A stretch of 26,277 nucleotides of DNA from a virus (Duplodnaviria; Caudoviricetes), in IMG/VR virus record IMGVR_UViG_3300002091_000103, positions 1 through 26,277 of that record, one strand, 5' to 3'. This document shows, piece by piece, positions 15,043 through 24,812 of this stretch; position 1 is the first letter of the stretch, and every line of letters starts with the position of its first letter. The notes beneath the pieces are model-generated. The model worked only from the letters and a program-made list of their open reading frames with translations, had not been told where the DNA came from and did not search any database. Both the position numbers and the translations under genes were made by a program.

Positions 15043-17003
15043 TTTTCACCCCCAGACGCTTTCAAATTGGCAGAAACAATAACCGCCTTCACCGGATCGG
15101 TTACCACTACTTCAAACACTCGATCTCTTGCTGTACCCAATCTGCGCCAAATGGCACGATTTTGATATTTACCAGTTTGACCAATTGTCACCCAATGTTC
15201 GTTAGACCACGTAGAACCACCATCATCTGACCATCTTAACATTGCTTGCGGTAATGTGGTAGGTGTTGATGGGTTAATGGCAGACTGAATGCCTAAAGTT
15301 AATGTTTCATTGGCCAAAATGGTCAAAGTTGCATTGGGCGCTATGATGTATGGGGAAGAAATAAACAGATTGTTGGTTTGTGATAGACCGGTAAAGCCAA
15401 CGCCAGGCTGGAATTGAATCTGCAATTCTTCAAAATATTGTCTTTGAAAGTCGGCCACCAAATGCGGCGCACGTCTTACCCGTCTGGTGTAGTTGCCGTC
15501 ATCGGTGTACGTATTTTTGTCCAATTCGTAAATCTTACCGTTGGCATAATCCCCAATCAGCACCATGCCTTGAAACAACGCACTACAATTTCCACGGTGC
15601 CGCTGAAAGTTGTTCATTGTGTCAACATACAGCCATTTGTGCCACATACCTGATGCAATGTCAAATGCCCAAGTCAAATTGATGGTAGGAAACGAAACCA
15701 CGTAAACTTCGTGACCTTCTAGCTGATATGTCCACGCTATTGCATCATCAATGTATTGATTGACCAATGTATTTTCTACGGCGTGCGTGGATATGCGTGT
15801 GGGCTTATAGCCTTGCATCATCATTATTTCGCCTTGACCACGGACATTTCGTGATACATAGGCAAATGAATCGCCTAAACGCGAAACGCTAAATTGGGCG
15901 GCAATACCGTGTTGGGTAGAAGTGCCTGGTATTCGCTGAAATGGAAACGGAAACGCACCCACATCTGCCCACACCTCAGAACTAGCCTCACCCATCAAAT
16001 AAACTTCACGGTGATCGACAATCAAAGCCACCAAGTTATCAGGCGCGCCATCCTTGCTCGCAAATGACAATGCTTGACTAACTGGGCTAAGTGCGTCAGA
16101 TGCGCCCCATTGTTGGCTATTTGGTCTTGAATAAACAAAATAGTTGTCAATAATATCTACCGTTGTGCCACCACTAAACGCACCATCATTGGATGGAATC
16201 ACCGTAAAGTTAAGCGCATACATCGTGATTGATGCAACCGTTGTATTGGTAGAAACCGTATATAAATTAAAGCCACCGCTAGGGGTCAAAATGGCCGTCA
16301 CCATCGTGTTTGTGGGTACGCCTGTACCTTGTATGGTCTGACCTAAATAAACCGTTCCTGTGGTCGATAAAGTGGCATTGGTAGTGCCTGCCGTTAATGA
16401 AGCTGTGATCGTAGTGGCCGCACTAGAATTCATTAAAGTGGACGATACCGATTGAGATATATTGACCGTCCAGCTTGTGCCCGATCCAGCCGTAATCACC
16501 GTTTCTTGCGCTACCCCAACACCAAACAAAGCATTTCCAATTGCTATGGTGCCACTTTGTAAATTGCTAACCGTTAGCGTGGTGCCACTAATGGAACCAG
16601 TAAAAATGGCCGTTGAAATGGATGCAATTCGCCATGTATAGCGATAAGTGCCGTCCACAATGTAGACGTTAACGCCATTGTCAGTTACGTTAACCCGTCC
16701 GCTATTGGTGTTAAGAATACCAACAATGGTTGGGCTTAAATTGGATGAAAGCACATAAACATAAGCACCACAAACGGCAATCATTTGTTGGCCACCGCTA
16801 ACTGTACGCATACCGCGCACTTCGGCACCAGCCGGTAAAACCACTTGTGCTATAAGACCTGGCGTTGGATAAAGCGCAATAACCCCACGCTCACCCTGTT
16901 GTTTGGTAGGGTCAACTTCTGGGAAAAAGTTAATACATTCTTGATCGTTTTGGTAGATCGAGTTTGCTGTATAACTTGGGCCTACAAAACCAAAGTCGCT
17001 CAT
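15039..17003 (-). CDS. packaged DNA stabilization / tail hub protein, P22 gp10-like
   Basis: Motifs LYPTPGL, ASKDGAPDNLV, SSEVW..G..FPFQRIPG, RISTHAVE, YQLEGHEVYV, MLRWSDDGG.TWSNE, WRRLG.ARDRVFEV..TDPVK. Confidence 0.9.
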   Translation of the reverse strand: MSDFGFVGPSYTANSIYQNDQECINFFPEVDPTKQQGERGVIALYPTPGLIAQVVLPAGAEVRGMRTVSGGQQMIAVCGAYVYVLSSNLSPTIVGILNTNSGRVNVTDNGVNVYIVDGTYRYTWRIASISTAIFTGSISGTTLTVSNLQSGTIAIGNALFGVGVAQETVITAGSGTSWTVNISQSVSSTLMNSSAATTITASLTAGTTNATLSTTGTVYLGQTIQGTGVPTNTMVTAILTPSGGFNLYTVSTNTTVASITMYALNFTVIPSNDGAFSGGTTVDIIDNYFVYSRPNSQQWGASDALSPVSQALSFASKDGAPDNLVALIVDHREVYLMGEASSEVWADVGAFPFPFQRIPGTSTQHGIAAQFSVSRLGDSFAYVSRNVRGQGEIMMMQGYKPTRISTHAVENTLVNQYIDDAIAWTYQLEGHEVYVVSFPTINLTWAFDIASGMWHKWLYVDTMNNFQRHRGNCSALFQGMVLIGDYANGKIYELDKNTYTDDGNYTRRVRRAPHLVADFQRQYFEELQIQFQPGVGFTGLSQTNNLFISSPYIIAPNATLTILANETLTLGIQSAINPSTPTTLPQAMLRWSDDGGSTWSNEHWVTIGQTGKYQNRAIWRRLGTARDRVFEVVVTDPVKAVIVSANLKASGGEN

Positions 17004-17590
17004 ATCACCTCAGTTTCTTTGTACGATTGACCACAAAGCAAAGTTTTCATGCTTGGCAAACTTAATTCAAATTGTTTGGCTAAATCACTCACTTTTGCAC
17101 CATTTTTTCTAAGTTCTCTTGCTTGCCTAGCTTGCGCCATTGTTAATTTTGCTCTTGGCCCTTTATCACCGCTATAGTCTGGACAACGACCTTTTCTTTT
17201 TTTATCTTCCATGTTGTCTTTATGAGTACCCACCCATAAATGTTTTGGATTACAACAAATCGGATTATCGCAAGTATGCAAAACAAACCCAAATTTATTT
17301 GTAGATTTTGGAGCATTTAAGGTAATGATATTTGGAAAAGCAAGATCAAAAATTACTCGATGAGCAAAATACCCACGATCATTGATCCATGTTTTTCCAT
17401 AACCATCAGCATTTTTGTAACCTTTCCATTCCCAACATTCATTTTCACTACGTTTATCTACTTTACTCCACAATACATCGGGCGTATTTGCTGGTCTTCC
17501 TGCATTGTTTGCTTTTTCACCGTTCTTTTTTCTCCAATAATATGCTTTTGCATACTCACGTTTTTTTTGTTTAATTTTTAGATCATCCAT
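17000..17590 (-). mobile_element. free-standing HNH homing endonuclease-like gene
   Basis: WSKVDK...ECWEWKG...DGYG...AHRV...VLHTCDNPICCNPKHLWVGTHKDNMEDK plus a C-terminal AKLT.. HTH. AT-rich and inserted between gp4 and gp10. Confidence 0.9.
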
Positions 17591-17595
17591 TTAAT

Positions 17596-17623
17596 TCTCC
17601 TTAAAAGATGATCTATTTTATCA
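17596..17623 (-). promoter_or_regulatory. extended -10 promoter (TGATAAAAT) and AGGAGA RBS for HNH gene
   Basis: Minus strand reads ...TTTTATGATAAAATAGATCATCTTTTAAGGAGAATTAAATG. Confidence 0.55.
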
Positions 17624-17631
17624 TAAAACCT

Positions 17632-18603
17632 TCAGCGTGTAAAACCCCCACTAAGTATCCATCCCGCATCCTTGGCTTTGCTCATCAGTAAAGCATCTGG
17701 GAAGCGTGCAGATTGTACGGGTTTCATGTTAGTACGCTTGATGGTTGACTTGCCTTGCGCGGCAAATGCGTTCACCATTTGGATTTGCGTGGGGCTTGCC
17801 TTGCCGTACTGCGGCATCAATCGTTCAGCCAAACACCATTCCAATGCCGCTTCAAAGCCTTCAGGTAACAACATTGTGTCATTGATTGACGTATATTTGC
17901 TAAACAACGTATCGGCAAAAATGTGCATTTCGCCTTGCGCTGGATTAGGCCAAACGGTTAAATTGCCTAACGTTTCTGTTGGTTGGTAATAAAGCGCCTT
18001 TGGCCACGGACCGTTTAGCGTCTTTAAACCAATCATTTCATAATCTTCAACATTCAAAACGGCAACTGGATAATCCAAACCACCATTAATAATAGGCACA
18101 CCGTTGGAATTGGTGTTAATCCGCACAAAAGAACTATTGATAGACAATGGTCTTTGGTAGAACGCATTAATCGTTGTGGATGCTACGCTTTGGCTGATAT
18201 TTAACTGATATGTACCAATTTCATTAACATTACCGCCTGCGCCTGTTAAAAAGGACACTATCTTTGTGCCTGCGGTAATGCCTGTGCCACTTAACGTCAT
18301 GCCTGTGGCAATAGCACCAGATGTGATGCCGGTAACGGTTAAGACGTTGTTGGCAATTGATCCTGTAAATATTGCGCCAATTTGACCACCTGGTCCAATG
18401 GTGTATTGCGTCTGTCCTGATGTAAGTGTAAAGATGATTTCCGTTTTATAGAAAACCATCATCTGCTCATTTGACCATTGATCGAGCATTCGCGTCATCA
18501 TCGTGAACGCATCTTGCGCCGCCGCTGGGTCTGGTGTTTCCCCTGCCGCTAAAGCACCAATGTCTTTTAATGCTGAACTAATAATGTCAATCGGTGCCGT
18601 CAT
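17632..18603 (-). CDS. head-to-tail adaptor, P22 gp4-like, with inserted beta domain
   Basis: [17 protein letters not shown]......DA....MLDQWSNE N-terminus and [23 protein letters not shown]-terminus. Confidence 0.82.
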   Translation of the reverse strand: MTAPIDIISSALKDIGALAAGETPDPAAAQDAFTMMTRMLDQWSNEQMMVFYKTEIIFTLTSGQTQYTIGPGGQIGAIFTGSIANNVLTVTGITSGAIATGMTLSGTGITAGTKIVSFLTGAGGNVNEIGTYQLNISQSVASTTINAFYQRPLSINSSFVRINTNSNGVPIINGGLDYPVAVLNVEDYEMIGLKTLNGPWPKALYYQPTETLGNLTVWPNPAQGEMHIFADTLFSKYTSINDTMLLPEGFEAALEWCLAERLMPQYGKASPTQIQMVNAFAAQGKSTIKRTNMKPVQSARFPDALLMSKAKDAGWILSGGFTR

Positions 18604-18612
18604 TTTTAATCC

Positions 18613-18918
18613 TTAAAACTTTGGCGTAAATACTTGTGGTTGCCAAGGCGGTATTACTTTGGGCTTTTGTAACGCTTCGTGTTGTTCCTTTAACCGATCA
18701 ATGATTACGCCACGGCCATCAACAATTTGATCTTCTTCAATCCATTCGCCTATCATTTCTTCGGTAACGTTTTCAAACTTTACCTGTGGGTCAACCTTTT
18801 TAAACGTCCAATATCCTTCAGTTTCCACCGTAATATCATTATCTGAATAGGAAACATGATACTTAACCGATGTGATTACACCGTCTTTTGCATCAATGTC
18901 GGATATTGCCCATTTCAT
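18613..18918 (-). CDS. tail-associated hypothetical protein
   Basis: MKWAIS...VITSVKYHV...FENVTEEMIGEW...PPW pattern, located in the tail cassette. Confidence 0.65.
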   Translation of the reverse strand: MKWAISDIDAKDGVITSVKYHVSYSDNDITVETEGYWTFKKVDPQVKFENVTEEMIGEWIEEDQIVDGRGVIIDRLKEQHEALQKPKVIPPWQPQVFTPKF

Positions 18919-19280
18919 TCAGTAACCTCTACCCAATTAGTTGTTTCTTCATTCCATGTGTATTTCTTGTCATCAGTAGGATATGCTACTGGCGCATCCC
19001 ACAAACAAGTTGATTCATTCAAGACCCATGAGTTGTATGGTTTAGGAGGAATAAAAGCATCACGGTCTTTATCGTAGGTATAACCAATACCCGCATAATT
19101 CTTTCTGATGTTGCCGTTGTAACTTGTTTTTACCCAAATACCACCAAGCAATCGTTCACAAAAGGCAATACCAATAGATTCTTTTTCTTCACCTTGAGCA
19201 GTTGAAGTGTCTGCATTACTAACCACAATGACTTGAGTCACCACGTTATTTGTATCTAAGCAAGCAAAATGCGCCATCAT
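18915..19280 (-). CDS. tail-associated protein (MAHFA...KTSYN..RKNYAGIGYTYD family)
   Basis: Recognisable motif family that typically follows Gly-rich tail proteins. Confidence 0.75.
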   Translation of the reverse strand: MMAHFACLDTNNVVTQVIVVSNADTSTAQGEEKESIGIAFCERLLGGIWVKTSYNGNIRKNYAGIGYTYDKDRDAFIPPKPYNSWVLNESTCLWDAPVAYPTDDKKYTWNEETTNWVEVTE

Positions 19281-19501
19281 CTACCTCCAAGTTCTTTAAT
19301 TTGTTCGTCTGTCCAAATGGTGTCGATTGATTCTTCAAAAGCCTTAATCTTTTCCATTGTTGCATCTATTTCTTCCCATGTTGGGCATGGTCTTGGGTCA
19401 TCCCATTCGGTAATATCTCGATTGGATATTTGCCATTTTGCATGGGGTCTGAGCAATTGCATGGCAGTATCAATGCCATAAAGTTGATAGATTTTTACCA
19501 T
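19277..19501 (-). CDS. XkdW-like small protein
   Basis: A..LRP.AKW......EWDDPRPCPT.EEI pattern, follows the tail protein. Confidence 0.6.
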   Translation of the reverse strand: MVKIYQLYGIDTAMQLLRPHAKWQISNRDITEWDDPRPCPTWEEIDATMEKIKAFEESIDTIWTDEQIKELGGR

Positions 19502-21060
19502 GTCAATATCACAATCCCTGAACCGCCATTACCTCCTAAAGCGGCAACACCTCCAGCACCACCACCTCCACCTGTATTGGAAGTTCCAGCAACGCCTACA
19601 GCACCAGAACCAGCGGCACCACCTCCTCCAGAACCGCCTACACCGACAGTAGTTTGTGCGCCACCACCACCTCCACCAGCATAAGTAACGCTTGTACCAC
19701 TATAACTGCTTGCAGTACCAGCACCACCATTGCCACCAGTAGAAGAAGTTCCATTTTGTCCTACTGCGCTTGCGCCTCCACCGCCACCTCCACTTGTTGT
19801 AGCAAGACTTCCAGAAAATCCAGTTCCACCAGCACTACCTTGACCTGATGGTGAAGCCGAACCACCTGAACTACCATCAGAACCACCACCACCTGATCCA
19901 CCGTTTTTGCCAGTTGTTGGGGTTCCATTGTAAGAACCACCGCCTCCACCACCAGTTGAAGTGATACTTGAAAAAACTGAATTTGATCCAGACGTTCCAG
20001 CGGCAGTACCAGATGCCACTCCTCCAGCACCAAGTGTTATTGAATAAGAATTTCCTGGTGTTACGCTTAATGATGTACCAGTTAAAAATCCTCCAGCACC
20101 ACCGCCACCTCCATAATAATATGCGCCAGAGCCTCCACCAGCAACTACCAAGTAATTGACACTTGTTACGCCTGTTGGTGCAGTCCATGAGCCTGAACCA
20201 GTAAAGATTGCTTTTGTTGTTGTGGATGGTACTAAATAAGAAATGATGACTACACCTGAGCCACCATTTTTACCATAACCAACATTAACACCACTTGCGG
20301 CAGAACCACCACCACCACCACCGCCTGTGTTTGATGTGCCTGTCGTAGATGTGTTTGTTGTGCTATTTCCTGTACCGCCACCACCATTACCGCCTGTGCC
20401 TGGTGTGCCTCCGCTGTAAGATGCGCCACCACCACCACCAGCATAATAAACGCTTGATCCGCTGATGCTAGAAGCTAATCCAACACCACCATTACCACCA
20501 ACATTAGTTAAAGCATCCGCACTTCCTGCGGCACCTGCACCACCGCCACCACACCCACCTTGTGAAGTTAAGAGGGTATTGCCACCAACATTTCCTTGAC
20601 CTGATGTTGCTGAACCGCCCGTCCAAGCCGTTCCATTTGTGCCATCTCCACCACCACCGCCTGATCCACCAGTTCCACCATTGCCTCGTGAATTTCCGTA
20701 TCCACCACCAACGGCGCCCGTACTTCCGTTAACAAGCGTTCCAATTAAACTATTTGAACCTTGTACTCCACTACCAGCAGAAGTTGCACCATTTCCACCA
20801 CCACCAACAGTAATTGTGTAGCTAGTTCCTGGGCTAACAGTCAAATTAGTTCCTGCTAAATAACCACCTGCACCTGCACCACCAGCAGAACCATTAATGT
20901 CAAATCCACCGCCACCACCGCCAGCCACCACCAAATAATCAATTTGCGTGACTCCAGCGGGGGCAGTCCAACTGCTTGTAGAGTTAAATTGTTGAATAAC
21001 TCTAGTGTAAGTGGCGGCCTTTTTAGCACCACTAAAGAAGAAATTAGGTGCGCCAAACAT
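19495..21060 (-). CDS. glycine-rich tail/receptor-binding protein with two tandem Gly-rich domains
   Basis: Two units, each F..S.SWTAP.GVT...YLVVAGGG...GGSG.VI. Start MFGAPNFFF at 21060 overlaps the upstream TAA. Confidence 0.8.
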   Translation of the reverse strand: MFGAPNFFFSGAKKAATYTRVIQQFNSTSSWTAPAGVTQIDYLVVAGGGGGGFDINGSAGGAGAGGYLAGTNLTVSPGTSYTITVGGGGNGATSAGSGVQGSNSLIGTLVNGSTGAVGGGYGNSRGNGGTGGSGGGGGDGTNGTAWTGGSATSGQGNVGGNTLLTSQGGCGGGGAGAAGSADALTNVGGNGGVGLASSISGSSVYYAGGGGGASYSGGTPGTGGNGGGGTGNSTTNTSTTGTSNTGGGGGGGSAASGVNVGYGKNGGSGVVIISYLVPSTTTKAIFTGSGSWTAPTGVTSVNYLVVAGGGSGAYYYGGGGGAGGFLTGTSLSVTPGNSYSITLGAGGVASGTAAGTSGSNSVFSSITSTGGGGGGSYNGTPTTGKNGGSGGGGSDGSSGGSASPSGQGSAGGTGFSGSLATTSGGGGGGASAVGQNGTSSTGGNGGAGTASSYSGTSVTYAGGGGGGAQTTVGVGGSGGGGAAGSGAVGVAGTSNTGGGGGAGGVAALGGNGGSGIVILTW

Positions 21061-21725
21061 TATGCAAACGCCTGTGCAAATGTGCCGTACCAAATTGAAT
21101 TGATACAAACAAAACTAATAACATCTGTTCCAGTTGTGGCCGTGGTTGTTATTGTTGGGGCAGTCCCACCAGGCCATTTAACGCCTGTAAACGTAGCCGT
21201 TCTTGAGCCTGTACCGTCTTGAATCAATTTAACAATGAATGATGTGCCACTTGTTGCCGTTGGCATCGTAAACGTGCAATTGCCAGTCAAAGTGTAGCTA
21301 AGAACCGTTCCGCTTGCCAAACTCAATGTCACCGCTGTGCTTGAATTAGCAATAGATGGGGCAGTTTCTGTGTATCCCGTGATAACTGGTGTTGTTAAAG
21401 TAGGCGTGTTGTTTAATGCAACAACCGTACCGCTACCTGATGTAGTGTAAGACGTGCCCCATGCCGAACCGGTGCTGTTTGCTATGCCTGCGCCTGGGTA
21501 AGTTTGTCCCGCAATCGTAGACCATGTTCCATCACCCCTTAAATAAGTAGTCGATGATGGCGTACCAGTAGCAGATAACATTGTGACTGTTACGGTTCCT
21601 GTGTCACCAGTAGTGACCATATTGCCGGTTGTGGCTGGTATTGTGATTGTTGCGGTGCTGGCTGTATTAGCACCCGTTAATGTGATCGATCCACCGCTAT
21701 TGGCTTGAAAGACTAGATTCGACAT
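21060..21725 (-). CDS. tail fibre-related structural protein
   Basis: Thr-rich. Contains TGTPSSTTYLRGDGTW and a C-terminal LIQDGTGSRT..F..VKWPGG.AP domain. AGGAG RBS. Confidence 0.72.
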   Translation of the reverse strand: MSNLVFQANSGGSITLTGANTASTATITIPATTGNMVTTGDTGTVTVTMLSATGTPSSTTYLRGDGTWSTIAGQTYPGAGIANSTGSAWGTSYTTSGSGTVVALNNTPTLTTPVITGYTETAPSIANSSTAVTLSLASGTVLSYTLTGNCTFTMPTATSGTSFIVKLIQDGTGSRTATFTGVKWPGGTAPTITTTATTGTDVISFVCINSIWYGTFAQAFA

Positions 21726-21763
21726 AACTACTCCTAATTTATAGACATTTTAAACGATTTCGC

Positions 21764-24049
21764 TTAAATAAGTCTCCATGTTGATGTGGCTGGAATTGTC
21801 ACCGATACGCTAGAGTTTAGCGTAAGTGGTGCAATAGATAAAGCATTACTATTTGCTGGAATTGAATAACTACTTGAAACCGTGTTGGAATTGACCTGAA
21901 AGCCATTTGTGGCCACCATTTCAGGTGAATTTAACTCACCCGAACTAGGGTTATATTTGTATTTTGTGCTACTGGTGTAAATTGTGGATGCCGTTCCACT
22001 TGTTGCATCTGCAAATAATGGGTATCTTGTGGCGTTTGTGGTTGTATCGTCCGTTATTGCGGTTGAACCGCCTGCCGTACTAGCAATCGTAATTGATCCA
22101 CTAGCGTTGGTAATGGTGATATTTGAACCAGCCGTTAGCGTTGATCTAGTAAATCCTGTTCCATTTCCAATATCCAACTGGCCATTTGTGGGGGTTGTCC
22201 CTAATCCAGTACCGCCATAAGCAATACCCAATGTTCCGCTAGAAATGTTTGTGGCGTTCAAGGCCGTTAGACTTGCACCTGATCCGCTAAAGCCTGTGGC
22301 CGTTAAAAGCCCCGTAAACGGATTAAATTGGTATTTGGTGCTAGATGTGTACTCAGTTGTTAAATTACCGCTTGTAGCGCTTGAAAACAGCGGATAACGG
22401 GTTGCATTCGTGGTTGTGTCATCCGTCACCGTTGCATAAGCCACCGGTGTTGTCCAAGTGGGTGTGCCTGTGCCTGCGCTTGTCAAAACTTGTCCGCTAG
22501 TGCCAGCACTTACAAAAGCCGTTGCACCGCTTCCTGTTTGATAGGGCACATAACCCGCACCGCCACCCGCCAAATTGGTTGCCGTGGTTGCGGTAGTGGC
22601 CGATCCAACCGACAAAGTAGATTGTGCAACGTATTGGGGCGCACTTGCACCAGCCGTCAATACGTAATTTGTAGTGCCCAATCCCAAAAATGTGGTCGTG
22701 CCAGACGCAGAATTGTAGGCCAAAGCCCCAGCCGTACCGCCTGCAATGTTAGTGGCCGTGGTTGCTGAAGTAACCGCACCGCTGACAATTGACCCCAAAA
22801 TTGAAGTTAACCAAGTAGGATTTGAATAACTACCTGTTGAGTAAAGCCCATTGGTAACGGTTGCCGCATTGCCAGAAATACCAATGCCCCATGTGCCTGT
22901 TGCATTTGTTCCTGTGGTTGATGGCGCACCAATTGTGTTGTAAGAAACCGTTAAGGCTGTGCCGCCATTAAAAGTTGAGCCTGATGTGCCACCAGAACCA
23001 GCATTATTAAACGTCAATGCCGCTGTGGTTGCAGATGCTGTTGTGGCCGTTGCCGCATTACCGCCAATATTTAAACTAGCGGCTGTGCCTGTTAATCCTG
23101 TGCCTGCGCCTGTGAATTGCGTTGTGGCCGTGATGGTTGTACCGCGTACCGTGGTTGCCGTGGTTGCGCCAACTGTTGTGTTATCTATTGCCCCACCAGT
23201 AATGGCCACACTAGATGCGTTTTGCGTGGACATTGTGCCCAAACCACTTACTTGCGTGTTAGCAATAGCAATGTCACTAGCTGACAATGAAGTTAATTGG
23301 CCTTGCGCGTTAACCGTGGCCGTCAGAGTTTTAGATGCCGATCCATAAGATGCGGCCGTCACACCCGTGTTGGTAATGCTAAACGTGTTGGATGATAGAG
23401 TTAATCCTGTACCCGCATAATACGTGCTTACTGCAGAAAATTGCACCCAAGGCATTGCAGTAACGCCAATTGTGCCCGTTGTTGTGGCCGTACAAACCCA
23501 GCCTGTATTGGCCTGCCCACCGTTTAGAACCACGGTGTAAGCGCCTGGTACCTCTGCCCATACATCTAAATCAACCGCCCTTGTCCATGCGCTTGCAGAT
23601 GCAATATAAATACCGTTTTGGCTTGATGTGCCTTGGTTTTTAACCAACACACGATCACCTGATAGCGTTGTATAGCCATCAATCGTTTGCAAGCCTGTTA
23701 AGCTAATGTTGGCCGTTGTACCCACTTGACACGCCGCTTTGGGTCCAAGACCTTGCGCTACGGCATCAACATAATATTTATTAGCAATATCCGTTGAATT
23801 AACTGGTGAAGTGGTAATTGTTCCAGTTGTTGTGGTGATATTGGTAAAAACCCCAGTAGACGGTGAATTTGCGCCTATTGGGGAAGAATCTAGTGTGCTG
23901 TTGGTAATTATCAGACCACTTTGTGCGCCTGTAATTGGAACGGTAAAAGGCTGACCCTGACCGATGAAAGTCTGAAACGTGCCGTCAACCGCAAAATATG
24001 CCTGTACCGGCAATAGGTTTTGGTCAACGGTTTTGTTAGGGTCTGCCAT
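21764..24049 (-). CDS. long tail fibre protein
   Basis: ANKYYVD, TTANI.L.GLQTIDG..L..GDRVLVKNQ...SQNGIY...AWTRA.D module. Internal repeats, Thr/Gly/Ser-rich. Confidence 0.8.
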   Translation of the reverse strand: MADPNKTVDQNLLPVQAYFAVDGTFQTFIGQGQPFTVPITGAQSGLIITNSTLDSSPIGANSPSTGVFTNITTTTGTITTSPVNSTDIANKYYVDAVAQGLGPKAACQVGTTANISLTGLQTIDGYTTLSGDRVLVKNQGTSSQNGIYIASASAWTRAVDLDVWAEVPGAYTVVLNGGQANTGWVCTATTTGTIGVTAMPWVQFSAVSTYYAGTGLTLSSNTFSITNTGVTAASYGSASKTLTATVNAQGQLTSLSASDIAIANTQVSGLGTMSTQNASSVAITGGAIDNTTVGATTATTVRGTTITATTQFTGAGTGLTGTAASLNIGGNAATATTASATTAALTFNNAGSGGTSGSTFNGGTALTVSYNTIGAPSTTGTNATGTWGIGISGNAATVTNGLYSTGSYSNPTWLTSILGSIVSGAVTSATTATNIAGGTAGALAYNSASGTTTFLGLGTTNYVLTAGASAPQYVAQSTLSVGSATTATTATNLAGGGAGYVPYQTGSGATAFVSAGTSGQVLTSAGTGTPTWTTPVAYATVTDDTTTNATRYPLFSSATSGNLTTEYTSSTKYQFNPFTGLLTATGFSGSGASLTALNATNISSGTLGIAYGGTGLGTTPTNGQLDIGNGTGFTRSTLTAGSNITITNASGSITIASTAGGSTAITDDTTTNATRYPLFADATSGTASTIYTSSTKYKYNPSSGELNSPEMVATNGFQVNSNTVSSSYSIPANSNALSIAPLTLNSSVSVTIPATSTWRLI

Positions 24050-24052
24050 AAC

Positions 24053-24394
24053 TTACGTTTGATCGCTCATTGGCATCACATACAAAGTGCTTGTAGTAGA
24101 ACCAATTGTAGTTACAGAAAATGAATCAGGCGGTACGGCAACAACCATTGGTGCTGACATACTGACCCCTAAAACAAATGAAGTGCTAGTGCTACCTGCG
24201 CTAGGCAAAACTGCCGCACCTGCGCTTGTGGGCGCAATGTTAACAGCAATCACATTTGAAGAAGTATTCAAAAATCCGCAATAGTTAATTTGATCGTTGC
24301 CTTTGGGCGTAATGGTTACGGCAGTCGATGAAGACGTGGTAACAGCAATAGCCGTTGTTGGCCCCGCAATTCTATATACAGACGTATTGGCCAT
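24053..24394 (-). CDS. putative virion structural protein (113 aa)
   Basis: Beta-rich Thr/Ser composition, in the late operon. Confidence 0.65.
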   Translation of the reverse strand: MANTSVYRIAGPTTAIAVTTSSSTAVTITPKGNDQINYCGFLNTSSNVIAVNIAPTSAGAAVLPSAGSTSTSFVLGVSMSAPMVVAVPPDSFSVTTIGSTTSTLYVMPMSDQT

Positions 24395-24396
24395 GA

Positions 24397-24723
24397 TTAC
24401 ACCGCATTAGTGGGTAATGGGCCTTCAACACGCGTCACTTGAAACACATACGTACCAGCCGCAGGAACAACCGCGCCAGAGGTAGTGTTAGCAAATTGCA
24501 TTGTTAAAACGCCTGCTGTCAAAACATCGCATTCAGCAATGATAATTCCTGCCGTTTGTGCGCCTTGTAAGCCAACAGCTTGAACAATATCGCTAGTTAG
24601 CAAACCAGCAATGTTGAATGTTTGTGCGGCTGATGTGTAGGATGCTACGGATACGGGCGTTAAAGACGGCCCCATGTAGAAAGTTTCGTGGGAATTTCCA
24701 CGTGTGATGGTCGTTGAGGACAT
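24397..24723 (-). CDS. putative virion structural protein (108 aa)
   Basis: AGGAG RBS, beta-rich, in the late operon. Confidence 0.65.
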   Translation of the reverse strand: MSSTTITRGNSHETFYMGPSLTPVSVASYTSAAQTFNIAGLLTSDIVQAVGLQGAQTAGIIIAECDVLTAGVLTMQFANTTSGAVVPAAGTYVFQVTRVEGPLPTNAV

Positions 24724-24745
24724 AAAAATCTCCTAAAGATAATGA

Positions 24746-24754
24746 ATTGTAACA
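24746..24754 (-). promoter_or_regulatory. possible extended -10 promoter (TGTTACAAT)
   Basis: TGn-TACAAT just downstream of the terminator and about 22 nt upstream of the ATG at 24723. Confidence 0.4.
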
Positions 24755-24763
24755 ATAAAACGG

Positions 24764-24799
24764 AAAAAAGCCACCCCTTTTGAGAGTGGCTCTTTTTTT
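24764..24799 (-). terminator. intrinsic terminator after capsid and decoration genes (possibly bidirectional)
   Basis: Minus strand AGCCACTCTC-AAAA-GGGGTGGCT-TTTTT. A T-tract is also present on the plus side. Confidence 0.8.
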
Positions 24800-24812
24800 A
24801 TTTACTCACAGA

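Noticed and set aside
19500-20930. (CCA/CCG)n runs as tandem repeats or a CRISPR-like array
   Set aside because: They are poly-glycine codons with no constant repeat-spacer periodicity, and no cas genes are present.
19495-24049. Diversity-generating retroelement acting on tail genes
   Set aside because: No reverse transcriptase is present, and I saw no near-identical repeat pair differing only at adenines. The repeats diverge at synonymous positions.
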